A stretch of DNA of 64,000 bases from an uncultured virus (IMG/VR IMGVR_UViG_2061766007_000307) (lineage: Duplodnaviria; Heunggongvirae; Uroviricota; Caudoviricetes), in IMG/VR virus record IMGVR_UViG_2061766007_000307. One strand, 5' to 3'. How positions within the stretch are numbered: position 1 is the first letter of the stretch; every line of letters begins with the position of its first letter. Below, piece after piece: positions 50,339 through 60,729 of the stretch. The notes under the pieces are model-generated. The model ran no database searches and was not told the origin of the DNA. It worked only from the letters and a program-made list of their open reading frames with translations. The position numbers and the translations under genes are program-made.

Positions 50339-50563
50339 TTATTCTGAAAAATAGTAAAACTTTGAATCAATTATCTCAATAATATCCTCAGTAAGAGAAT
50401 CGTAATCCTCTTCAAGGATATCTACGTCAATGTCTTCAATTGTTTCTATCTGTTTCTTCAAAGACTCTGCGTAAAATTCTTCTGAAAAAGCATATCTTAC
50501 TTTGCCTGAGTCATGCTCTTTCACTATGTAAACAATCTGTTCCATATCTTCGTGTATTAACAA
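50339..50563 (-). CDS. Small acidic hypothetical protein
   Basis: GTGATTATA at 50590 upstream; start uncertain. Confidence 0.55.
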   Translation of the reverse strand: MLIHEDMEQIVYIVKEHDSGKVRYAFSEEFYAESLKKQIETIEDIDVDILEEDYDSLTEDIIEIIDSKFYYFSE

Positions 50564-50594
50564 AACTCGAGCAATATTGCTCTTTAGTATATAA

Positions 50595-50885
50595 TCACTC
50601 AGAAATTCTGTTTCCTAACGCAATTACATAATATTCTTGGTCAGATTCAGCTCCCCATTCAGGCTTGCCCTTGCGTATGCTTATAGAATCAATCTCAAAC
50701 AACATTGAGGTATGTGTATACCCTAAAGTGAATTTGACATGAGTGTAGCCTTTGAACGTGATGCTATCCTTTTCCATCAGTCTAACTGTCCAAAAGGGCT
50801 TGATGACACGATATTCTTCTTTCTTTATGCCAGAACATATCATATCATACCATTGTTTCTTCAAAGGTAAAAATAATATCTTCAT
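50595..50885 (-). CDS. ASCH/PUA-like domain protein
   Basis: LPLKKQWYDMICSGIKKEEYR, GKPEWGA, YYVIALG. Confidence 0.85.
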   Translation of the reverse strand: MKILFLPLKKQWYDMICSGIKKEEYRVIKPFWTVRLMEKDSITFKGYTHVKFTLGYTHTSMLFEIDSISIRKGKPEWGAESDQEYYVIALGNRISE

Positions 50886-50914
50886 GAATCTTCGAATATT
50901 TATACTATAAAGTA

Positions 50915-52278
50915 CAAGAAAACCTCGAAATCTTTAGTTTCGTGGATGAATTGCACTAACCTTGGTTTACTATATAATCACTTATAGTGTCAGGATTAGC
51001 TTCTTCTATCGAACAAACTAAGCTTAAAAAGAGTTGTAAATTTGCAAAAATATATGTAATTTTACAGAAAAATTATAAAATGGTAAAGATATACAGAACA
51101 TACAAGTATAGGATGTATCCGAATAAGGAGCAAGAGCAAGTTCTTGCGAGATATTTCGGCTCTGTCCGTTTTGTGTATAACCATTTCCTTGCTGAACGCA
51201 AAAGGCAATACGAAGAGAACGGTAAGAGCGATAACTATCTTGCACAGGCAAAAACTTTGACCTTGCTGAAAAAGAAAGAAGATTTCGCATGGCTAAAAGA
51301 GATCAACTCCCAAACCTTGCAGTTTTCTCTCCGCTGTTTAGAAACCGCCTATACTAACTTTTTCAGCGGTAGAACGAAGTTTCCGAGATTCAAGACGAAG
51401 AAGCACGGAGGTAGCTTCACTGTCCTGCAAAACTGCTCTATCAAAGATGGAAAAATCTTTATTCCGAAGTTCAAACAAGGCATCAAAATCAAAGAGCACA
51501 GAGCATTCCAAGGGAATGTTAGAAATATGACGATTTCGGTCACACCAAGCGGGAAATGCTATGTTTCCATATTATCCGAAGTTGAACACGAACCTTCAAG
51601 GAAAACCAACAAGAAGGTCGGGATAGATTTAGGCATCAAGGATTTCATAGTAGCTAGCGATGGTGTGAGGTATTCAAGCAACACGTTTGTCAAGCATTAT
51701 GCTAAAAAGCTTACAAAAGCTCAAAAGTGCTTATCAAAGAAGCATAATGGTAGCGGTGAATGGCATAGGATGCGATTGAAGGTTGCGAAGATACATGAGA
51801 AGATACATAACTGCCGTATGGACAAATTGCATAAGATTTCTGCCGATTTGGTAAGGAATTATGATGTGATTTGTTGCGAGGATTTGAATGTGAAAGCTAT
51901 GCAGAGAAACCACAAGCTCGCACAAAGTATAGCTGATGCTAGCTGGGGTGCATTCTTGAATCTACTTTCGTACAAATGTGCGAGAGAAGATAAGCAGCTT
52001 GTCAAGATAGACAGGTTCTATCCTTCTTCAAAGACTTGCAGTCACTGCGGTTATGTTAAGAAAGACTTGTCTCTAAAAGACAGAACCTGGAAATGCCCTC
52101 ATTGCAGACAGATGATTGATCGCGATCTGAATGCCGCGATCAATATCCTAAATGAAGGCATTAGAAATATATCGGCTGGAACGGTCGATTATACGGAGGG
52201 AGCAGATGTAAGACCTACTTGTAGGCTGTCAGCGTTGAAATCCGAAGCCCGTGGATCTTTAGTTCATGAGTAGTTCAC
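50915..52278 (+). mobile_element. Non-autonomous IS200/IS605-type element (left end, tnpB, right end; no tnpA)
   Basis: Left hairpin CCTCGAAATCTTTAGTTTCGTGG and right hairpin ending GTAGTTCAC; left boundary approximate. Confidence 0.78.
51080..52273 (+). CDS. tnpB: TnpB family 1, intact RuvC triad
   Basis: Start MVKIYRTY by homology with 27234; same motifs. Confidence 0.95.
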   Translation: MVKIYRTYKYRMYPNKEQEQVLARYFGSVRFVYNHFLAERKRQYEENGKSDNYLAQAKTLTLLKKKEDFAWLKEINSQTLQFSLRCLETAYTNFFSGRTKFPRFKTKKHGGSFTVLQNCSIKDGKIFIPKFKQGIKIKEHRAFQGNVRNMTISVTPSGKCYVSILSEVEHEPSRKTNKKVGIDLGIKDFIVASDGVRYSSNTFVKHYAKKLTKAQKCLSKKHNGSGEWHRMRLKVAKIHEKIHNCRMDKLHKISADLVRNYDVICCEDLNVKAMQRNHKLAQSIADASWGAFLNLLSYKCAREDKQLVKIDRFYPSSKTCSHCGYVKKDLSLKDRTWKCPHCRQMIDRDLNAAINILNEGIRNISAGTVDYTEGADVRPTCRLSALKSEARGSLVHE

Positions 52279-54040
52279 ATGGGATGCTATTACGGCTAAC
52301 ATGATTGCTATTGAATGATTGAGGAGTATTGTCTATATATGACATAAGATCATAGTTGAATGCAGCAATATTGGTATCCATGCTAGGGTCTATCAGATCT
52401 TCTATGAAGTTCTGGAACTGCCTGTTGTTATATGCTGCGCTTGCTGTCACACAAGACATTGCCATATCATCATGGCCTGTAATAGCTGCATAAGATGATG
52501 ATCCTTCTTTTCTGCTGAAATTTGCAAATTCTCCGACAGTATCTATATCCTGGAGCACTATCTGTCTCTTGCTTTCCAATACACGGAAGTCCTGGCAGCA
52601 GCTTGCTTTAGAATCTTTGGTAAGGACTAATCCCTTGATATTTCCAGTCGGATTATAATTAATGATGGAAGAAGCTTCCATCTGGTTCATCTCACCGTCG
52701 ACCATAAACAAATAGTTATACAGAGATTCTCCATATTTATTCCACTCTATATTGATCATGTGATTATATGTGAGCATTGTATATGTAGACAGGCAGTATA
52801 AGACTTCTGCCATCTGTTTGATGGTAGCTTCAGAACTTTTCCAGTATCCGCACTGCACAAGTTTGATCTTGTCTCTGATATCATTAGAATTGTTCTGCAG
52901 TAGCGATATGTCGAATATTTGGATCACTGAAGAATCGTTTCCAGAACCTTCAGCAATATCTACTGACAGCAAGAATCGCTTGTCTGGCCTATTCAGCTCA
53001 TGAGTATCGAAATCTTCATGCCATCTGAAACATTCCATGAATGGGACTCCTGATGGAGCGTTGAAAGGCTTCGCTATAAATGTTGTAGTAGACTTCATCA
53101 GTTCTATAACGCGAGGTCCCAGAAGAGTATATCCAGAATCCATGAATGAGTTTCCATACTGTCTCATGAATGAAGCTTCACCTCCTACGTCTTTAAGAGT
53201 AGCTTTCATCCATGCCTCATCTCTTCCAGGACGCTCCCACCAGTCCACTCTGATAGGGACATATGAATTTTCACCTTTACATGCCTCGTCATATATATGA
53301 TAGAATCTGTTCAGTCCATTCGGTGTAGATGTTATTATGATCTTAGAGTCAGACATTGACGAAATGGTAGGCATCGCGTTCTCATAGAAGTTATCCAGCA
53401 GGTTCTTCTGTACATGAGCGAACTCATCACAATACAGCACGTGCACGGTGAATCCGATGAAAGAGTTCTTTGTTGTACCTTGGCATACTATACGCGATCC
53501 ATTATCGAACTTGATATTCTTGCTACTCATGTTCACAACGCCAGGCTGCAGGAAATACGGGATACGCTGCATAATCTCTCGTATCTTGTCAGCGATTTCT
53601 TCAGCTGACTGTGCTTTATTTGAAAGCAAACCGACAGTCTTCTCTGCATGGAATGTCGAATACCATAGCAAGAATATTGAAGCTGTGACGGTCTTACCCA
53701 TCTGTCGTGATGTCAAAACCACATTAAATCTGTTCTGCATATAGTTCTTCAGCATCTTCTTCTGGTAAGGAAAGAGCTTCACTTTCTTGTATCCCTGAGT
53801 ACCTGTCATGATATAACAATACGTCTCAGCATAATATATTATATCATTCTTGCACCGGTATATCTCTGCTATCTCTTCTCTGGTGTACATAAAAGGCATA
53901 TTGGCTCTGCGGAAGTCGCTGCTCTTGAAAAACGGTGACTTGCCTTTGATGATACCGTTTTCTGCATCCTCCTTCCACTTCTCAACCTTCTCGGTAGACC
54001 AGGTCACTACCTTCACCACTTCCTTCTTTTTCTTTGCCAT
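52259..54040 (-). CDS. terL: Terminase large subunit (T4 gp17-like)
   Basis: SRQMGKT, LYCDEFAH, ITSTPNG, SVDIAEG, HDDMAMS. Confidence 0.95.
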   Translation of the reverse strand: MAKKKKEVVKVVTWSTEKVEKWKEDAENGIIKGKSPFFKSSDFRRANMPFMYTREEIAEIYRCKNDIIYYAETYCYIMTGTQGYKKVKLFPYQKKMLKNYMQNRFNVVLTSRQMGKTVTASIFLLWYSTFHAEKTVGLLSNKAQSAEEIADKIREIMQRIPYFLQPGVVNMSSKNIKFDNGSRIVCQGTTKNSFIGFTVHVLYCDEFAHVQKNLLDNFYENAMPTISSMSDSKIIITSTPNGLNRFYHIYDEACKGENSYVPIRVDWWERPGRDEAWMKATLKDVGGEASFMRQYGNSFMDSGYTLLGPRVIELMKSTTTFIAKPFNAPSGVPFMECFRWHEDFDTHELNRPDKRFLLSVDIAEGSGNDSSVIQIFDISLLQNNSNDIRDKIKLVQCGYWKSSEATIKQMAEVLYCLSTYTMLTYNHMINIEWNKYGESLYNYLFMVDGEMNQMEASSIINYNPTGNIKGLVLTKDSKASCCQDFRVLESKRQIVLQDIDTVGEFANFSRKEGSSSYAAITGHDDMAMSCVTASAAYNNRQFQNFIEDLIDPSMDTNIAAFNYDLMSYIDNTPQSFNSNHVSRNSIPCELLMN

Positions 54041-54102
54041 AGAATCGATCTATATGCTATATGAGAGGATTTACAAAAGGGACTATTTATAGTCTCTTTT
54101 TG

Positions 54103-54594
54103 TTATCTGATGACATTATCATATCCAGTAACAGATACAGGCTTTTCATCAAGCTCCAATGTAAATGTTCCGCCAATTCTATATGCAGATATACTGCAGT
54201 GTATACCGTCTGGAAGATTGCCAGATAATTGGCATTCGTAATCATCTGATGGCTGAGGGTCACGAATACGTGATACTTCGCTTATGAAGTAAGAATCACA
54301 ATTATCATCGTCTACATCCCATCCTTTAACCTTACAATACACTTCATACAGGTAGTCTACACATCTTGCAAACCATTCGATATTCTTGACCCCACCTTTA
54401 CCATCTCTGCCGAATATATCATGGTCGTAGTAACTTACGCTTAACAATTCATGAACCATATTTTTCCAGTCATCATATGTATACGAACGGTTCAATCTTT
54501 GAATCTCTCGATCGTTTTCAAGATCTGGCCTGAGAATCTGTATGAATTCTGAATAGTCAGTGCTCTCGTTGATAAATTCACTAAATGTTTTCAT
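54103..54594 (-). CDS. Putative capsid-internal protein
   Basis: N-terminus MKTFSEFINES. Confidence 0.65.
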   Translation of the reverse strand: MKTFSEFINESTDYSEFIQILRPDLENDREIQRLNRSYTYDDWKNMVHELLSVSYYDHDIFGRDGKGGVKNIEWFARCVDYLYEVYCKVKGWDVDDDNCDSYFISEVSRIRDPQPSDDYECQLSGNLPDGIHCSISAYRIGGTFTLELDEKPVSVTGYDNVIR

Positions 54595-54612
54595 GATATA
54601 TCTATTGTATAT

Positions 54613-55476
54613 TTATTGTGCGTGTTCGTCATTCACAAGTGCCATGAGTTCTTTAGAGTTAGAGAATACGACACCTTCCAGCTCATCTGATATTTTCTCT
54701 ATAGCATCTTCATCTAGTTTCGTATTATAGTTTGTATCATCTACTTTATAATCAGCAGGGATAGATAATGTAGAAGCTGGTGGATTCGATATATTGTCAT
54801 TATGTTTGTCTTCATGTTCGTCAGTTTCATCTGTGTGATCTGATGCGCTATCATCAGATACAGTCTCTTCAGGCTGAGGTGCTGATTCAGGCTGTGCATT
54901 GCTGCTATTAGAGGATATAGATACTGTATTGGGTGTCTTCTTCTTGGACATACCTGAGCGCGCAACGACATCGCTCATAATATTCTCATATTCATCCTTC
55001 AGATCACATATAAGCTGTGCGCGGTATTTCAGAAGATCTATAAGTGATTTGTTGAGATTAGATAGCATTCCGTATAGCTTTGGGTCTACTTCTACGCATT
55101 TGATGCTATCCACTAGCGAATCACTTGCGGATACTGTATTTTCAATCTGCGAACATAGCAGAGTGAGGGCGTCAGAATCTAATTCGCTTCTGGATCTGAT
55201 ATAATCTATTTCTGGGATATTTTCTATCTCATCTGTACTTGTGCATGTGAAAACTTTCTTGATAGCATTGACTAATTTCTTACACATGAAATTAGCGTCT
55301 TCTATCTCTGCCTTTACTTTCTTTGAATCAGGCGTTTTACCGTTCTTAGCTTCTTTATTTGCAGACTTGATGACACCTAAGGTGCTGTTGTCTCTATCGA
55401 TTGCATCAGGAAAGTTCCCTTCACCTAACAGATCCATCATGCGGTCGACTGTATGCTTCGCTTGCTTTCCGTTCAT
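54613..55476 (-). CDS. Helical protein with acidic tail; possible terminase small subunit
   Basis: Position near terL, PKLYGMLSNL...VFSNSKELM pattern, GTAAATA upstream; inference only. Confidence 0.45.
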   Translation of the reverse strand: MNGKQAKHTVDRMMDLLGEGNFPDAIDRDNSTLGVIKSANKEAKNGKTPDSKKVKAEIEDANFMCKKLVNAIKKVFTCTSTDEIENIPEIDYIRSRSELDSDALTLLCSQIENTVSASDSLVDSIKCVEVDPKLYGMLSNLNKSLIDLLKYRAQLICDLKDEYENIMSDVVARSGMSKKKTPNTVSISSNSSNAQPESAPQPEETVSDDSASDHTDETDEHEDKHNDNISNPPASTLSIPADYKVDDTNYNTKLDEDAIEKISDELEGVVFSNSKELMALVNDEHAQ

Positions 55477-55583
55477 GGTGTTAATTCTTGTTTTATATTA
55501 TATTTACTTGATTCTACACAATAACAAAAAACGATACTGTTAATAGTACCGTTTTCTGCTTAGTTATCAATATGTCAAACATA

Positions 55584-56630
55584 TTAGAACATCGACACGA
55601 AACTGTCTACAGTCGATGCATTATGTTTGTGTTTATCTAACTCTGCATCATTAGATAGCTTCTCGACGCTTTCAGCTGCTATTGGGTCTATACTTTCAGG
55701 TATGGACTCAGCTTCTCCAAGATCGTCTGATGCAGTATCTTTATTTTGATCTAGTTCTGCATTCTTAGATTTAGTTTTAGATTTAGACGTCTTAGTTTTA
55801 GATTTTGAAGGCTTTGTCTTCTTATTCTTCTTGCTTGATTTTTTATATGCCTTTTTGGCTTTAGGCTTATCATCTTCGGTCTCAGATTCAACTACAGTTT
55901 CGGCCTCAGGTTCAGACTCTGTCGTTATATTTTCATCCTCACCAGAGTCTTCATTATGCTGTGCGAGATCATCCGGACTCTCTTCAGATCGTGGCTGTTC
56001 TGTCTGGGGTTCTGTCTGTGGTTCTGTTGTATATTGTTGGTTTTCAAACAGTTCGTGTTCTGCGTCAGCTTCTTTTTGTTCAAAAGACTCCACAGTTTCA
56101 CTAGATACAGACATATCAGTGTCTGTATCTTTGCCAGCAGGCCCTTCGTTTTCTTGCTGTTCAGGCTCAGGTTCTGCTGTTCTATCTGCTGTATTATCTT
56201 TTTTATCGTTTTCAATATTATTACGAACTTCACTCTGGATATAGATCAGCGACAAACATATAGCAGGTAGCAATCCTCCTGTAGCAAATGCAAGGATTCT
56301 CTTCTGGTCGATAACTTCCCAGTCGTCTAAAGCGAACAGCTCTGCAAACGGCTTGATATCTGTGATATGTATATATGCAGAGTATGTATTCGCACAGATC
56401 TGGAACATCGTTATGAAACCAAGCACATAAAGTGCAGATTTGATCGCAGCATCACCTCTATTGATCATCAGCAGTGCAGCAATAGATATTTCAATAGCGA
56501 CAGACATCATCCAGCCGAACATCAATGTAGGATGTGAAAGCGTGAAAAGATCTACAGCGCTCACTAATGACACAATCATCATCAGAGCATACGCTATCAG
56601 GATGAGATTACTTAAAAGCTTCAGATTCAT
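55584..56630 (-). CDS. Membrane protein with four TM segments and an acidic/Lys-rich low-complexity tail
   Basis: Hydrophobic first ~130 aa; E/D-rich then K-rich tracts. Confidence 0.75.
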   Translation of the reverse strand: MNLKLLSNLILIAYALMMIVSLVSAVDLFTLSHPTLMFGWMMSVAIEISIAALLMINRGDAAIKSALYVLGFITMFQICANTYSAYIHITDIKPFAELFALDDWEVIDQKRILAFATGGLLPAICLSLIYIQSEVRNNIENDKKDNTADRTAEPEPEQQENEGPAGKDTDTDMSVSSETVESFEQKEADAEHELFENQQYTTEPQTEPQTEQPRSEESPDDLAQHNEDSGEDENITTESEPEAETVVESETEDDKPKAKKAYKKSSKKNKKTKPSKSKTKTSKSKTKSKNAELDQNKDTASDDLGEAESIPESIDPIAAESVEKLSNDAELDKHKHNASTVDSFVSMF

Positions 56631-56791
56631 AATATTAATAATTGTTTCACGATATTTACATTAGTGCGAACATCTATGCCATATAATCACATAAATACAT
56701 AAAAAGATCACATATTACATACAAATATTCTACTTCAAAAAGATTTTTGTTATTGTAAATAACGTATAACCAATAGAATAATAGATTCAAT

Positions 56792-57385
56792 ATGGCATCA
56801 AGCGGAGTCAACATGCTGGTAGAAAACAGCATAAAGAACGGCGATGTAGTATCATTGTCGCCTCTTGGAGGGTATTATGCGTTCAGGCTGATGAACATTG
56901 TCGGCGATGATATCAGAAGTATAGATCTTACAGACAAGCCTGGAGTACAGCTTGTATCTGATGACACTACAGTCGTCATCGACGAAACTCCTCATAAAGA
57001 TATAAACAAGAGGGACGGACAGTGCATGTTCGCTATCACTTCTCAGGAAGCTGCCAGCCTCCTCGAGATCAAGAACTTCTCAATCGTCTATAATGTGTCA
57101 GGAATCTATGTCACATTGTTCCGCGGCGTGTTCGAAGATGTCAACAAGAAAGATAATGATGACGCATCTTCATTAGAGGATGCTATGCAGAGAGCATCCA
57201 GTGCGGAAGCTCTTGCAGCAGACTATCTTGCAAAGCTCGATGCCCTACAGGCTGAATATGACAGCCTGAACACATCTTCAGCAGACACTATAGCAGGGCT
57301 GCAGGCACAGATATCTGCATTAGAGAACGAGCTCAGCAATCTCAGAAACTCAATGATATCAGCAAATATCGTGGATGAATTCTGA
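56792..57385 (+). CDS. Hypothetical protein with C-terminal coiled coil
   Basis: Heptad pattern; GTAAATA at 56755. Confidence 0.7.
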   Translation: MASSGVNMLVENSIKNGDVVSLSPLGGYYAFRLMNIVGDDIRSIDLTDKPGVQLVSDDTTVVIDETPHKDINKRDGQCMFAITSQEAASLLEIKNFSIVYNVSGIYVTLFRGVFEDVNKKDNDDASSLEDAMQRASSAEALAADYLAKLDALQAEYDSLNTSSADTIAGLQAQISALENELSNLRNSMISANIVDEF

Positions 57386-57431
57386 TCAATATGAACAGAC
57401 AAACAGTATATACATGAAAATATAACATAAT

Positions 57432-58565
57432 ATGAAAAACGTTATCACATTAAAAGAATACCTGAACAAAAATAACAAAGGAGCAGATATAAACGAAGGG
57501 CTATTGAGCAGCCTCAGCAATCTGTTCACAGCGAACTATGAGATCAAGAACCCTATCTTGAAGGAGCTCTTGAGAGAAGTAGACTGCCCTATCTCATGGA
57601 AAGAGACTAAATTGAAAAATTCTATCCTCAAGCTTGTCGACGAATTCGTAGCCACACAGGCCAAGACATATGCCGAAGAGCTGATTAGCGCAAGAGATAA
57701 AGACGCAAAAGAAGACGCCGGCGATATAGTGTTCGATTCAGAGACAAGATTCGGATCGCTGAAGAACAAGAGGCTTGTCGAAAAGGCTTCAGCTACGCTT
57801 TCTGCTATGAAGAACCTTGTGTCTTCTTCAAAAACAGCCAAAGACGCAGGAGCTACATGGGTCCAGATCGTTTATGATGAAGCTGTCATAGCGACAATCC
57901 AGACTGCTTTGAAGAATTCAGAGATTAGCGATGAGATAAAGACAATAGAGATGAACTCTCTTGAGAAGGCACAGGAGCAGCTTAACAAGGAGAAGAAAGA
58001 AATCCATGAAAAGAATACGAAAGAATTCTTGAAAGTATACAGCAAGTGCCATCCTACGACAATGAATAACTATAAGATCGCATACGATGGTGGTACAGAA
58101 GCTTTCAACGATCTAAAGAAGCTTATAGAAAATAAAGGCTCAGATGTTTTCGACGATGATAAATCGCTGAATACTTTCGGTATAAACAAAGGCAAGAAGA
58201 TTGACAACGCAGTAGCAGCTGTCACAGTGCTCGGCCTTACAGGAGCGTACAACGAAGAGACTACTAAGGATCTTATCGGAAAGATCAAGAAATCTGAAGG
58301 CGGTGAGAAAAATCTTGCAGCAGCGTACACTACTGCAGATTATATTATTGGGCAGCTTGCAAATAACAGATATGATGCTGCAATGCTCAAGAGTCTCAAG
58401 CAGTTTATGAATACAAAGAGCTTCGGCGATGTGTCTTCACTTATCGACAGATTGGTCGCATATACAGCGTCAATAGCTAAAAGCCTTTCTAACAGCAAAT
58501 ATGATGATATTGCAGAAACTGCATCCAGAATATATCTGAATACCGAAAACGTATGGAATAAGTAA
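57432..58565 (+). CDS. Putative capsid-internal protein
   Basis: TLKEYLN...INEG leader; helical, K/E-rich. Confidence 0.6.
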   Translation: MKNVITLKEYLNKNNKGADINEGLLSSLSNLFTANYEIKNPILKELLREVDCPISWKETKLKNSILKLVDEFVATQAKTYAEELISARDKDAKEDAGDIVFDSETRFGSLKNKRLVEKASATLSAMKNLVSSSKTAKDAGATWVQIVYDEAVIATIQTALKNSEISDEIKTIEMNSLEKAQEQLNKEKKEIHEKNTKEFLKVYSKCHPTTMNNYKIAYDGGTEAFNDLKKLIENKGSDVFDDDKSLNTFGINKGKKIDNAVAAVTVLGLTGAYNEETTKDLIGKIKKSEGGEKNLAAAYTTADYIIGQLANNRYDAAMLKSLKQFMNTKSFGDVSSLIDRLVAYTASIAKSLSNSKYDDIAETASRIYLNTENVWNK

Positions 58566-58595
58566 AACGTTTATTTCACGTTTTGCTGAATAGAA

Positions 58596-58630
58596 CACCG
58601 TTCAAATACATTGAACGGTGTTTTTTTTTT
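58596..58630 (+). terminator. Intrinsic terminator
   Basis: CACCGTTCAA-ATACA-TTGAACGGTG followed by T10. Confidence 0.85.
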
Positions 58631-58650
58631 GTTTCTGTAAGACTATAGTT

Positions 58651-59095
58651 TACAAAAATACCCATGAACCTAATATAAGTAAGGAAATATATAGATATAG
58701 AAATGAGAATGTTGAGATAGTGCAGGGAATATGGCGGGATATGTGCTCAAATACATTATCTAACAAAAATACCCATGAACCTAATATAAGTAAGGGAAAT
58801 AATAGATATAGAAATGGGAATATTGAAATAGTTCTGAAAGGTTGAGGGTACTGGATAAAAACAGAAACATAAAACAGATATTAAAAAGAACAGGATAAAG
58901 TCCTGTTCCGGATATATGTGGCTTAGCCACATATATCCATAACCATATAGATCAGATATGATAGAGATTTATACCTATCTATCATAGAAATATATTGCAT
59001 TGATCCGTATACATACTGCTATAAAATATCAGGGTTTAACAAAAATACCCATGAACCTAATATAAGTAAGGGAAATAATTGATATAGAACTGGGA
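58651..59095. repeat. Repeat locus B, homologous to locus A
   Basis: Unit at 58661, 58772, 59048; ~80-bp double-palindrome block 58880-58959 nearly identical to 19341-19420. Confidence 0.9.
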
Positions 59096-59277
59096 TATAT
59101 CTGGAAACATTGTATATGACAGTGCTTGTCTATAAGGGTAGTCATAAGTTTTCATGAACAAATATAGAATTAAAAGATATGGCGATTTATCGTCATGTCG
59201 GCACGTAGACGCGGCTTTAGACGTGTCTACGCATCAATATTTGCACGTAAAGGGTTGGGTTAGCTTACAGAATGCTT

Positions 59278-59529
59278 ATATTTGTATAGTTATTTCGCGT
59301 ATAACAAAAGATCTCTATTGTTTAATATAAGATATACGTATTAGAATTATATCGCATTAAAATGCGTTTACAGAAGTTTTTGTGATTACGTATCCTACTG
59401 ATTTATAGAGAGGATATATTTGTACAGTTATTTCGCGTATAACAAAAGATCTCTGCTATTCAATATAAGATATGCATTTCAGGATTATATCGCATTAAAA
59501 CGCGTTTATAGAGATTTTTTGTGATTATA
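59278..59529 (+). repeat. Two ~110-bp direct repeats, period 138 bp, each ending in GTGATTA
   Basis: GTTATTTCGCGTATAACAAAAGATCTCT at 59289 and 59427. Confidence 0.85.
59521..59529 (+). promoter_or_regulatory. Representative GTGATTATA phage promoter-like motif (about 20 copies in window)
   Basis: Recurs in sense orientation upstream of genes and RNAs on both strands. Confidence 0.7.
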
Positions 59530-59559
59530 TAATACACAATTAAATTAAAATGGTCTATT

Positions 59560-60060
59560 ATGGCACATATTGAAATATTTGTGAAGAACAAAGGACAACA
59601 CAAATGGAAGTTCATAGGAGAAGCTTCTCATGCCCTGAGGTATTCATATAAGCTGTGGGTCGAGATGGAGAAGAAGTACCTCCCTTCATATTGGCAACAT
59701 TCTCATGTTTATATGAGCAGGCTGGTCTGCGGCGATGACAACAGCAGGCAGGAGATCTGGGACTTGTGGAAGAGAAGCGATGTCCCTGATGATGAGAAAG
59801 ACGTTCTTCCGTCCACAATGGACATGGCTATGGTAGATGTAGACAGGATCCCTCAATTCATATCCCATCTGAAATCTGTCGGACAGAGATACGATACAGA
59901 CCATGCCATACAGGCTGCGATCATAGAATCGTACTATAATGACCACAAGGATGAGATGCTTGCGGTAGCGGTAAACCAGACATCTGTAAGAGACCGGCAT
60001 TGCATATTCGGTAAGAGTATGGATGAGCCTTTAGAGTCTTTCATGTCTTGGAGCGTATAA
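59560..60060 (+). CDS. Hypothetical protein
   Basis: 166 aa with promoter motif upstream. Confidence 0.7.
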   Translation: MAHIEIFVKNKGQHKWKFIGEASHALRYSYKLWVEMEKKYLPSYWQHSHVYMSRLVCGDDNSRQEIWDLWKRSDVPDDEKDVLPSTMDMAMVDVDRIPQFISHLKSVGQRYDTDHAIQAAIIESYYNDHKDEMLAVAVNQTSVRDRHCIFGKSMDEPLESFMSWSV

Positions 60061-60294
60061 AAAAACGCAGCAATCTTCACAGACAGCTACGTTTGAATTT
60101 TTGTGAAATACACGAATGATGTAATCACCGTATTTTATTTACACAGCGTACATGAATATGAAGCAGCTTTTTACATACAAAAAAGCTAGTTCACACATAA
60201 AATATAAAATTTTCAGAATATACTGTTACTTTTGTATAAAGTGTTATTAATTTTACCATAACAAAAGAATCACTAACATCTAAAACTATAAGAT

Positions 60295-60699
60295 ATGAAC
60301 ACGTTCACAAACGTAAAAGACCAACATGTGACATACGAGACAGCTAAGGCTCTGAAGGACAAAGGATTCAATGAGCCTGTAGATCGTATCATATGGGTAT
60401 CTGGAGATAACAAAGATACTGATACAGTCGCTATATTAGAAAAAATGTGCAACTCTGATCTTGACCGCGATGACATATTCAGCTGTCCTACACATCAGAT
60501 GGTTCTCAGCTGGCTGAGGGAGACCTATCATCTGTTCATAGAGGTCAGCTTAGGTATGAGCCTGGGTGGCGTTTATCGTTTCGACTATTCAATTCTGGAT
60601 AGCAATTGTAAATATATACGCAAAGCTTTCACCGGCACGACTTACGAAGATGCCACTGAAAAGGCCATACAGGACTGTCTGGCTAATTTTTGTGAATGA
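60295..60699 (+). CDS. Conserved phage hypothetical protein
   Basis: VTYETAKALKDKGF, CPTHQMVLSWLRE, TYEDA. Confidence 0.75.
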   Translation: MNTFTNVKDQHVTYETAKALKDKGFNEPVDRIIWVSGDNKDTDTVAILEKMCNSDLDRDDIFSCPTHQMVLSWLRETYHLFIEVSLGMSLGGVYRFDYSILDSNCKYIRKAFTGTTYEDATEKAIQDCLANFCE

Positions 60700-60729
60700 T
60701 TTGGCTTTTAATTTAATGTGTAGTACATT

